A DNA stretch of 64,000 nt from Oscillospiraceae bacterium (GTDB lineage Bacteria > Bacillota > Clostridia > Oscillospirales > Acutalibacteraceae). This document shows, piece by piece, positions 17,659 through 27,500 of the stretch. The number at the start of each line of letters is the position of its first letter. The first letter of the stretch is position 1. Under the pieces are notes generated by a model. The model was not told the DNA's origin. It did no database searches and worked only from the letters and a program-made list of their open reading frames with translations. Both the position numbers and the translations under genes were made by a program. The stretch lies in the NCBI GenBank assembly GCA_902780565.1, contig CACZGD010000014.1:1977-65976 (forward strand). The letters are read 5' to 3'.

Positions 17659-20376
17659 TCACGCGGGGAACCGAAGCACCGTGACGCTGAGCGCCGGTAC
17701 GGTCAGGTTGAAGGCGTCGGAAAGCCGATCGAGGGTGAACGTCCGCACGCTGCAGGTCTCCGGCTCGTCCAGCCGGTTTTCGTCCGCATTCGAGCCGCCC
17801 GCAAGCTGATACACGTCCGCCGTGCCGACAGCCGCGTTCTCGATCTTAACGGCAAAGGTGCGGCGTTCCTCGGTCACGTTGACGAGCTTGACGATCAGGT
17901 CCCCGTTTTCGGCGCGGGAGACGACCTGATACGCCTCGGCCTCAGCCGGGCTGCCGGTATCGTAATCCACCAGCAGCTCCTCGTCCGCCCAGCAGCGCAC
18001 GCGGGTGCCGCTGACCTCCACCTTCAGGCGGTAGGTGCGCCCGGTCTCGACCGTGAAGTCCTTCGCCGTTTTCAGGATCTGCCCGGTCTTCACGCCGTTT
18101 TCCATCTTCTGCAGACAGGAGACCGTGTTGCCCCAGCCGCCGAGGTTCCAGAAATAGTTGTTGTCGCGGTCGCCCACCGCAAAGGCGATCAGAAAGCCCT
18201 CCTCGCCCGCGGTCTTCGTGGCCTCCACCGTCATGGTGTAGTCGGACATATCGTCCCTGACGCCGGTATAGGCAATATCGCCGATATCCGCCCAATTCAT
18301 ATCCGTGCCTTCGTGCCAGAGCTTGCCGCCCCGGATCTTGAAGTTGCCCTTGTTCGGGTTCTGCCAGCTCCACAAAAAGTCCGGCAGGGTGAAATGCTCC
18401 TTGATCAGCGTTCTGCCCGTTTCGTTCGAGGTGACGAGCAGGTTATCGAACGACGCTTCGGTATACCACGTGCCGAGTCCCACGCGCCCCTGCAGCGGCT
18501 GCTGCGGGACGGCGGCGCCGGTGAGCGCGGACTTCACCAGCGTTTTGCCGGTATGGTTCGAGAAAAGCTGCTGCACGTAGTAGTTCACGGAAGCCGCCGT
18601 GGTGTGGTTATTGAACCAGATCAGGTTCGGCGCCCAGTGGCGGGCGGTGCCGGAGGCGAACAGCGGAGCGTAGGACGCCATGCGCACGATATCGCCGTTG
18701 CGCTCGAGCCCCGTCATATAGGCGGCCTCCGCCAGCGCGGCGCCGAGGGTGTTGGAGCGCCCCGCGTACTCCCCGAGGAAGACCGGGATCGCGCCGCCGT
18801 AGACGGTGTCCGTCATTTCGGCAACGCTGCGCTTATAGTTTTCTTCGTCGTAATAATCCGCGTTTTTCAGCAGCCATTCGGGGGACTGGTAATAATGCTG
18901 GTCCGTGGCGCCCGCGAAATCGCGCGCGTCGTCGCTGCCGCCGAGCTGCGCCTTTGCGTATTCATAGGATTTCAGATACATCGGGCTGCCCATCGCGTCC
19001 GCGGGACCGGCGGAATAGATCAGCTCCACGCCGTCGTACAGCGCGGGATCTTCCGCCTTCGCGGCGTTGAACGCGTCAAGGAACATGGAATAGCGCTCGT
19101 AATACTCCTCGCCCTCGTTCTCGTTGCCGATCGCGATATAGGGCAGCTCAAAGGGCGCGGGATGCCCGAGGGAGGCGCGCACCTTGCCCCAGACGGTGGT
19201 TTCGTCCCCCTTCGCAAATTCCACAAGATCCAGCATATCCTGCACGAAGCGCTGCTGCTCGGCAGCGTCCGCTTCGCCGTGCTGCCCGCGCATCTGGCAG
19301 TAGAGCGCTGCGTTGAGCACCGGCACGGGCGCCGCGCCGAGGTCCTCGCAGAGCTGGAAGAACTCGAAAAAGCCGAGCCCGTAGCTCATGATGGAGGGCC
19401 AGGGGTCGTCCGTCGCGGCGAGGTCGGTCCACAAGTTCGTCCCCTGCCGGCGCGCGGCGACGTCGCCGTAAGTCCCCTCAAAGAGGAGCGGCTGCCCGTC
19501 CGGTCCCGCGCCGACGGAATCCTTCCACGAATAGGCGGTCTCTTTGTTATAGCCTTCGATCACGCAGCCGCCCGGGAAGCGCAGGAACTTCGGCTGCAGC
19601 GCCTCCAGCCGTTCGCACAGGTCGCGCCGGAGCCCGTTTTCGCGCTCCTTATAGGTATCGGTCGGGAACAGGGAAAGCATATCGGCCTGCACCGTGCCCT
19701 GCCCGATCAGGAGCTGCAGGCGCACATCCCGGCTCGCAGTCACGGAGGAGGACAGCGTGACGGTGTATTTCGTCCATTCGCCCGTCACGTCCCCGGTCCG
19801 CGCTTCGGCGGCGACGGTCTCCCCTGCCGTCAGGCGCAGGGTCGCGGGGCCGCGATACGCGTCGCCGCGCAGGTAGACGGAGGCGCGGTAGGTCTTTCCC
19901 GCTTCGATCGCCATGCCTTCCATGAAGCCGGTATTCTCCACGCCCGCGAGCGCATCGCCCGGGTTTGTCAGGGTCAGGTAATGCGGGTTATTGACGTTCA
20001 GGGATACGTCCGCGTCCGCCTCCACACGGAGGGTGGCGTTCCCGACGGGCGCGTAATGATACAGCCCGTCGCCCGCCGCAAGAGACGTGAACTCAAAGGA
20101 GCGGTTCGCGACCATTTCAGCGTTCAGGCCGCCGTCCGCCGCGAAGTTGATATCCTCGAAAAACACGCCGAACAGCAGGTCGGAAATATCGTGGAGTTCC
20201 TCCCCCGCGTCGATCGAAAGCGAATAGTCCGCCGCCGTTTCGCTGTAGGGCGCCACGGTGTTGGCCTCGGGGCGCTGCACCTCGGCAGGAGCGGCGCCGT
20301 GCCCGCCGAACGCGGCAAAAAACGCCGTCAGCGAGGCGATCAGCCGCCGGAAAAAGGAAACGATCGTATACTTCAT
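17659..20376 (-). CDS. alpha-L-arabinofuranosidase (GH51) with extra N- and C-terminal beta-sandwich domains
   Basis: 905 aa with a signal peptide. The GH51 hallmarks are NRSFE, LRFPGGCVIEGY, IAIGNENEGE (acid/base) and FLGEYA (nucleophile). The C-terminal part contains a DUF1080/laminin-G-like stretch (GRVGLGTWYTEASFDNLLV). Confidence 0.8.
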   Translation of the reverse strand: MKYTIVSFFRRLIASLTAFFAAFGGHGAAPAEVQRPEANTVAPYSETAADYSLSIDAGEELHDISDLLFGVFFEDINFAADGGLNAEMVANRSFEFTSLAAGDGLYHYAPVGNATLRVEADADVSLNVNNPHYLTLTNPGDALAGVENTGFMEGMAIEAGKTYRASVYLRGDAYRGPATLRLTAGETVAAEARTGDVTGEWTKYTVTLSSSVTASRDVRLQLLIGQGTVQADMLSLFPTDTYKERENGLRRDLCERLEALQPKFLRFPGGCVIEGYNKETAYSWKDSVGAGPDGQPLLFEGTYGDVAARRQGTNLWTDLAATDDPWPSIMSYGLGFFEFFQLCEDLGAAPVPVLNAALYCQMRGQHGEADAAEQQRFVQDMLDLVEFAKGDETTVWGKVRASLGHPAPFELPYIAIGNENEGEEYYERYSMFLDAFNAAKAEDPALYDGVELIYSAGPADAMGSPMYLKSYEYAKAQLGGSDDARDFAGATDQHYYQSPEWLLKNADYYDEENYKRSVAEMTDTVYGGAIPVFLGEYAGRSNTLGAALAEAAYMTGLERNGDIVRMASYAPLFASGTARHWAPNLIWFNNHTTAASVNYYVQQLFSNHTGKTLVKSALTGAAVPQQPLQGRVGLGTWYTEASFDNLLVTSNETGRTLIKEHFTLPDFLWSWQNPNKGNFKIRGGKLWHEGTDMNWADIGDIAYTGVRDDMSDYTMTVEATKTAGEEGFLIAFAVGDRDNNYFWNLGGWGNTVSCLQKMENGVKTGQILKTAKDFTVETGRTYRLKVEVSGTRVRCWADEELLVDYDTGSPAEAEAYQVVSRAENGDLIVKLVNVTEERRTFAVKIENAAVGTADVYQLAGGSNADENRLDEPETCSVRTFTLDRLSDAFNLTVPALSVTVLRFPA

Positions 20377-20404
20377 AAGACGTCCTCCCTGAATGATGAT
20401 GATT

Positions 20405-20929
20405 TTATTTGCGCCAAAGAATGTTTTCGGTCACGTCGACGGTCTCGCCATTACGCGTATAGGTATGCGCCCCGTAATAGGTCATGCCGAGCTTTTCCTG
20501 CAGCTTTTGCGAGGGCAGGTTCCCCGCGAAGTACCCGGCATTGACGTAGTCCGCGCCGGACGCGAAGCAGAAGTCCACCAGCGCGGCAGCGGCCTCCGAC
20601 GCGTAGCCACGCCCCTGAAACGCGGGCAGCACCGCGAACGAGAGCGACACGCCGCGAAAGGGCTTTAAGTCCGCCTGCGCCGCGACCCACGGGTTCGGGT
20701 CGGCGGCATTGATCTCGCCGAGGACCTCGCCGTCCTCTTTTCGGACGATCGCGTATTTTTTGGGATTGCCGAGCGCGTGCGCGAGGAATTTTTCGCGCGC
20801 CTCCGCTTCCTCCCGGTACAGCCCGCCGCCGTAGGTGCGGATGACCGCCGGGTCCGCGAAGATGCGCCGCCACGCCGGGAAATCCGCTTCGGCAAAGGGG
20901 CGCAGAAGCAGCCGTTCAGTCTCGAGCAT
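20405..20929 (-). CDS. GNAT family N-acetyltransferase (RimJ/RimL-like)
   Basis: 174 aa: LETERLLLRPFAEADFPAW...FAVLPAFQGRGYASEAAAALVDF. Confidence 0.8.
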   Translation of the reverse strand: MLETERLLLRPFAEADFPAWRRIFADPAVIRTYGGGLYREEAEAREKFLAHALGNPKKYAIVRKEDGEVLGEINAADPNPWVAAQADLKPFRGVSLSFAVLPAFQGRGYASEAAAALVDFCFASGADYVNAGYFAGNLPSQKLQEKLGMTYYGAHTYTRNGETVDVTENILWRK

Positions 20930-21467
20930 GGAGTTCCTCCAACGCCTCCTGCGACGCCGCGTCCGTCAGGCGCTTCTGCAGATACAGGTCCACCAGCACG
21001 CCGGACACCGAGCCCGTCTCCTTGGGATGCACGAGGGCGAGCGCCTCGGCGGGGTCGAACCACCCGGCGGCGTCCACCTCGCAGGAGAGCTTCAGCGCCC
21101 GGTCGTGCGTATAGCCGAGAAAGCCCACCATCAGCACGCCGGCCTTCTCAAACCAGCGGGTGAACTGCAGCTCCACGGCGTGCAGGCGCACGCCGATCTC
21201 CTCCTCCACCTCGCGCAATGCGGTCTCCTCGGCGCTTTCGCCGGGCTTGATGTAGCCGGAGACGAGATTTTTATACACGGTGGAGATATAATTCTGGTTC
21301 AGCAGCGCGACCTTGCCGTCGTCGTTCACGACCAGCACGATGGCTGCCGACGGGAACATCTCGAACCACGGACGGTCGCAGCTTTCACACCACGGGACCT
21401 TGCCCTCGTCGCCGAGGACCTTTTGGATCAGCGGCCTGCCGCAATCCGGACAATAGGAAAAACGCAT
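20916..21467 (-). CDS. NUDIX hydrolase with N-terminal zinc ribbon (NudC-like)
   Basis: 183 aa. It has CPDCG...CESC, then the Nudix box GYIKPGESAEETALREVEEEIGV. Confidence 0.82.
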   Translation of the reverse strand: MRFSYCPDCGRPLIQKVLGDEGKVPWCESCDRPWFEMFPSAAIVLVVNDDGKVALLNQNYISTVYKNLVSGYIKPGESAEETALREVEEEIGVRLHAVELQFTRWFEKAGVLMVGFLGYTHDRALKLSCEVDAAGWFDPAEALALVHPKETGSVSGVLVDLYLQKRLTDAASQEALEELHARD

Positions 21468-21488
21468 AAAAACACCTTCTTTATACCG

Positions 21489-21517
21489 AGTATATCATGA
21501 TTTGACAGGGAATGCAA
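21489..21517 (-). promoter_or_regulatory. sigma-A type promoter for the NUDIX-to-SHOCT minus-strand unit
   Basis: The minus strand reads TTGCAT-17 nt-TATACT with a TGn extended -10. It lies directly downstream of the giant-gene terminator. Confidence 0.5.
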
Positions 21518-21525
21518 GAGGCAGG

Positions 21526-21557
21526 CAGAAAGAAAGAGGCTCCCTTGCGGGAGCCTC
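21526..21557 (-). terminator. intrinsic terminator after giant protein gene 1
   Basis: The stem GAGGCTCCC/GGGAGCCTC (21536..21557) has a 4-nt loop and is followed on the minus strand by TTTCTTTCT. Confidence 0.75.
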
Positions 21558-21572
21558 GGGTGGCTGTTCGGC

Positions 21573-24500
21573 TTATTTGAACAGGTTCTTGAAGAAGTAC
21601 ACGATCAGGTGGAAGAACGCGACGATTCTGCCCCAGATGGTGGTGCCGTGGTCCTTGCCGCAGAGCTTGCAGACGCCGGAGCCGGAGGACGGGGTCGCGC
21701 CCTGGTCGTCGTCGCCCTTGACGGCGCCGACGATGGTGATCACCACGCGGTTGTCGCCCGCGGGGATGGTGAAGGAGCCGTCCGCGTTGGCTTCGAGGAC
21801 CTGACCGTTCATGAAGATCACGTAGTCGTCATAACGGAAGGTGCTGCCGGTCACGACGTTGAAGGTCAGGGACGCGCCGGAGTACCACTTCAGGGCCTTG
21901 GAATCGGTGTAGACGTAGCGGTCCGTTTCGCCCATGTGCGCGATATAGTGCATACCGTGCATGTTGGTGAACTGGATCTCACGGTCAAGGTTCGCGGAAA
22001 TGTTATACTCCATCTCCTGATAGTGCGTGCAGCCGTCCTTGGTGCAGTAGCGGCGCTTGAGGCCGGTCACGCCGAAGTCGGCTTCCTTGACGATCTCCCA
22101 GGGACCCCAGACGTGCTTGTTGTTGTTCGCGTCGTTGACGATCGCTTCCAGCTCGTCGAGCAAGTTCTTGACGGTCTCCTCGTCCGCGCCGTTGTTGATC
22201 GCGTCGTTCAGCTCGTCAAGCTTCTCCTGCAGCTCGTCAAGATATTCGTCTTCATAGACGTCGTCGCCTTCGCCCAGAATGTCCTCAGCCTTGTCGATGA
22301 GGTCCTCGGCGACGGTGGGATCCAGCTTGAAGTTCGCGACAGCCTCGGCGTCCGCGCGGGCAAAGGTGTAGTCGTTGCCGTTCACGGAACCGGCGGTCAC
22401 GGTCCAGCCGGAGAAGTAGAACTTGTCGGGGGCGGCGGGAACGGCAAGGTTCACGCGGTCGCCCTCCTTGCCGCGCACGGTACGCACGACGGCGCCGTTC
22501 GCGTACACGGTCAGGGTGTGCAGGGTGTTCTTCGCTTGCTCCTCCTCGGAGATCTTGTCTGCAAGCTCGTCGATCAGCTCCTCAAGGGCGTCCTCGTCCA
22601 CGGGCGGATTGTCAAGAATGTCTTCGATCTCGTCGAGGATCTCCCTGATCTCCTCCTTGTACGCTTCGTCAAGGTTTTCGTCGTCGAGCAGGTCCTCGGC
22701 GTCGTCGATCGCGTCGTTCAGCTCGGACAGATCATACCAGCCGGCGGTGACGGTGGCGTCGCCGTCCGCGAAGGTATAGGTCTTGCCGGAAGCCGCGCCC
22801 TTGTCGGCGGTCCAGCCGGTGAAGGCATAGCCTTCCTTGGTGGGATACGCGTCGTCGATGGTCACGACCGCGCCGGTCTTGCCCTTGAGGGTCTTGTCGG
22901 CGGCGCCGTTTTCATACTTGACGGTCAGGGTGTGCAGAACGTTCGCCGCCTTCTCGTCGTCGGTCAGCTTCCGCTCCAGATCCTCAACGGCAGCCTTCTT
23001 CTCGTCGTCGGTCGCGTCGGGATCAGCAAGCACGTCCAGATCGTCCTGAATGCCGTCGCGGTAATCCTCGTCGTAGGTCTCGTCGTCCGCAACGTCCTCG
23101 GCCTCGTCGATCAGCTCCTTGACGTGATCGTTATAGATCTTGGTTTCATTCGCGGTATAGGTCGCGTCTCCGGTCACGGCAGCGATTTCCTGATCCCACG
23201 CATAGGAATAGGTGTAAAGCTCGTCGTCTTCCTTGACGGGAAGCTCGCAGGACGGCGTCTGACCGACCTTGACCTTTTCGGACTTGATGGTCTCGCCCGT
23301 GGCGCCGTTCACGAAGGTGACGGTGTAGGCCTTGTTGGCCTCATCCAGCTCGCCGTCGTCGTCGCCGTCGAGCGCGGCGATGATGTCGTTGAGCGCGGCG
23401 GTCGCGTCGGTCACGGCCTGCTTTTCTTCGTCCGTGCCGGGCTTCTTGAAGCGCTCGTCATTCTCGTCCACGACCGTGTCGGCGATGTCAGCAAGCTGCT
23501 CCTCGATTTCCGCTTTTAATGCGGGATCGATATCGGGATCGTTCAGAAGCTCGTTGACCTTTTCGAGCGCCTCGTCGTAGTCCTGATACTCGTCGAGATC
23601 GGCCTTCATGTGGTCGTCCTTTTCGGCAAGAAGATCCTTCAGCTCCGCAAGCGCGGCTTCCTTCTCTTCGTCGGTGGCAACGGGAAGCTTGGAATCGTCA
23701 AGAATATCGAGGCGATCCTGAACGGCGTCCTTATACGTATCGTCAAAATCATCGACGTTCACGATCGCTTCGGCTTCCTCGATCGTGTTCTTGACGTCTT
23801 CGTTGTATTCCTTGGAATACGCGGCGGTGTAGGTCGCGTCCTCGGTCACGGCAAGGGGTTCGGGATCCCAACCGGTGAACGTATAGGCGTAAAGGGTATC
23901 GTCAGCCTTGTCGGTGCTGCCCTTGAAATCAGGCAGATCGCCCTTGTGGTACGTTTCGGCGGTCTCGGCGCCGTCCACGTTCCAGGTGACGGTGTATTCG
24001 TTGAGGAGGCCGTCCTTGACCGTGCCGTCCTCGTTATAGATCATGTCGATGATCATACCCATCTGCTCGACCATCTGATCGACGATAGGCTGCTCGTCGA
24101 ATTCGCCGCCGTGGGTGGTGGTGTAATCCTGCGGGAAGCCGTTGGCGGAATCGGTTGCCTGCGTCACGTAGGCAAGGACCTGCGAGAACGGGATCTCCTG
24201 CGTGCCGTAGGGGCTTTCGACGGTCACGACGGTATCGGGAGCGATATCGAGCGCCGCGATCTCCGCGAATTTTGCATAGGTCTCGTCATAGGCGGTGTAA
24301 TCCGCGCGGTCCACGTTTGCGATCACCTTGTCGTGAGACGCGTCATAGGCGCCGGTCTCCCAATCGTAGGTATGCTCGCAGCCGATGTGCAGCTCGCCCT
24401 TGGACCATTCGCCGGTGGTCTCATCCTTTACCGGACGGACCGTTGTGGCTTCGTTGACCTGATAATACTCGTGGGCGGTCGGATTGACCGGCGCGGTCTC

Positions 24501-27500
24501 GATCTCCTCGCTGTACTGCGTAGTCCAATGCTCGAAGGTCGCTTGGAAAACGGTCGTTTCGGGCTCGACGCAGGTCGCGTCGGTCTTGTCATAGACGGAA
24601 ACTTCGCCGTTGGAAACTCTGACTTCGCCGCAGTACGCGCATTCCTCGGTAATGACGCAGGTCACGTTCGAGAGATCATCCGTATTCCACGTGACCTTCT
24701 CGGAACCGGTGGGATAGAAGTGATCGCCGGGCTCGCCGTAGACGGTCTTATACTGATTCTCAAAATAAGACGCTTCGCCGCTGCCGGCAAGATACGCGGG
24801 GTAATAGACGTAGCTTCTGTCCCGGCAGTTTTCGCCGGTGTGGGTGCTGGGGGTGATATCGCATTCCACACGGAGCTCTTCGCCGCACACGGCGCAGGTC
24901 ATGGTGCCGATGCACTTGGTGTAGCCGGCTTCGTCGCTGCCGACCCATTCATAGGCGGGCGTGCCCTCGTGGCGCGCGGAACCGCCGACGGCAAAAATCG
25001 TAACCTCCGTGGTGGAGGCGCCGATATGGTCAGCCAAAGCGGTGCCGTTGCGCTCGCTCCAGGAATACTTGTTATGCGTAACCTTATCGTCTTTTACGAA
25101 AATGTCCGCAGGAATAATCTCGGCCGTAAAGACAGTGTTGTAAGGCAGAACTCCTTCCTTAGCGACGGTTTGCGCGCTGCCATAGACCCACTTTACATTA
25201 TAAAGACGATCGTGCGCCTGAGTCTCATAGGTAGCGACGTAGGTCGCGTCGCCGGTCACGTTCGCGGCGACCTCAGGCGTCCAGCCGAGGAAGGCGTAGT
25301 CGAGCGCGACGGTTCTGCGGGTGCTGACGGGCGTGCCGGGAACCACGACGGGCTCGTTCCATTCGTACTCGCCCTCAGCGAGCTTGGTATAGTTATCGTC
25401 GTTCAGGAACGTAACGGTATACTTCGCAACCTCGTCGGTCAGCGTGTAAATCGCGGTGATTATCGTGTCCGCGGTCACGGAAACGCTCTGCCCGTGGGTC
25501 AGGCCGTTATCCCAGTGGTCGAAGCGCCAGACCTTATCTTCAATGCGCACGTCGGCGGGATCGTTGATCGGCATGGTCGTCGCCCAGCCGTGCTTCACGC
25601 TTGCGGTCGCAATCACCGTACCCCACTGGTCGACCCAGGTGACGGTATAGCGGTTGGCGCTGTCGTCGGCGATATCGTCGGTGGAGACGGTGATCGCCTT
25701 CTTGACGGTATAGGTGGATTCGGCATAGGCTTCGCCGTCGATCTTGACCGTCACGGTGTTGGACTGCTCATAACCTGCAGCGGGGGCGGCCTCGATCGTA
25801 AGGACCGTGCCATAGAGGACCGCGTCGCCGGAGTTCACGACCGTGTCGCCGTTCTTCACGGTGAGGGTGGTGTTCGTGCCGGGCGTAACGGTGACGGTGA
25901 AGGTCTCCTTGTGCTCGTCGAGAATGTTGCCTTCGCCGTCGGTATAGGTGGAAACGACCGACTGCAGCAACGCAACAGCGTCCGCAATGTTCTGCACGCC
26001 CGTTTCATCGTCCGAACGGTAGTTGCGGCTCGGGGTGACGGTCGTGTCGTGCGCGAGCGCTTCGGCCTGATCGATGATCTGCTGAATGGCGACGGCGTCC
26101 GCCGCCTTGATGCCTTCCATGTCTCTCACGGCCTCGGCGGCAGCCTTCGCCGCTTCATAAGCGGTATAGTCCGCGTCTTCGCGGGCGGTCTTCTCATAAA
26201 CCGCGACGTACTTCGTGAACTTGTCGCCCGCAAGGTAAGCGCGGCTGTTGTAGTTCGCGCCCTCGGCGATGAAGGAATTCAGGATCGCGTTCAGACCGCT
26301 GAATTCGTTATTATCGCCGTCCTTCCAGCCGGTGACCTCGTAGTTGTAGTCATAATCCTGCTTGGTGGGGGTGACGACGTCAACGTCCTCCGCCCGCAGG
26401 GAAGGATCCTTGGCAAGGGCGTCCTTGATATAGGTGGAGCCGTAGTCCGGGTAATCGCCATAATACCAGTCGCCGCTGACAAGCACGGTGGAGCCGTCCT
26501 CATCATAGAAGGTGACGGTATAGGCCTGCACGGACTGCGAGTCGTGGATCTGATAAATCTGCTCCGGCTCGTTGACGATGATGGTCGCCGGAAGCGCGGG
26601 CTCCCAGGAAAGGTCCTCGGAATAATCCCACTCGGCGTTATCCGCACGGTAGTAAGCGTTCGAGAGCTGCGGGATCTCGTTCGCGGCGACGGTCTTGCCG
26701 TAGTCCTTGGTGTAGGTCGCGGGCTGCCCGTTGATGGCAAGCGTGTTGCCGAGCTGATCGACGAAGGTCACGGTGCCCTGCTTCTTTTCGAGGACAAGAC
26801 CGTCATGGTCGATCATATAGACGGCGTCCTTGATCGCGGCGGCGCAATCCGCAACGCCCTGCGCGGTATTAGTTCCGTCATAATTGAAATTATTCGGATT
26901 AGCAGCGATCATCGCGGCGATCGTTGCCTTTGCACGTTTGACAGATGCTTCGGTGTACTGCCAAACATCCGGACCTTCAATCTTAGCTAAGACATCGACA
27001 GCATCGTTGTCACGATTGTCGGTCAAAGTACCGATTCTTTCATAAACAGGTTTGTAATTGATGACAAATTGACTCGTTCCAGTCGGCATTATAGTGGGAA
27101 CAAACGCATTGCCACCTACCCACGAACAATATGTACTAATTACGAATTCAGCATTATTGATGATGTCATAATAAGATGTAGTATTTCCCATTTCTTCCGT
27201 CGGGACATACTTAACCGAATTCCAATAGTATCTATAAGTATTATTATGGTAGTCAATAACAGGAATAGGTGTACCGTCAGAATACTTAGCGGCTCCATTA
27301 TTTGAACCGTACGCTCCGTTGACAATGCTGCCCTTTGCAACCACTGCGCCGTTTCCATCGTTATTAATTCTGGGAGACCAATAAGGCCAATTATCGTTAC
27401 CACTTGACGAATACTTCCAGTCATCACGCACTGCAAGATTAATGTTATTACTTGCAAGATAGAGAATGGCTCTGTTATTGGAGATACCCCATTTATTTTC

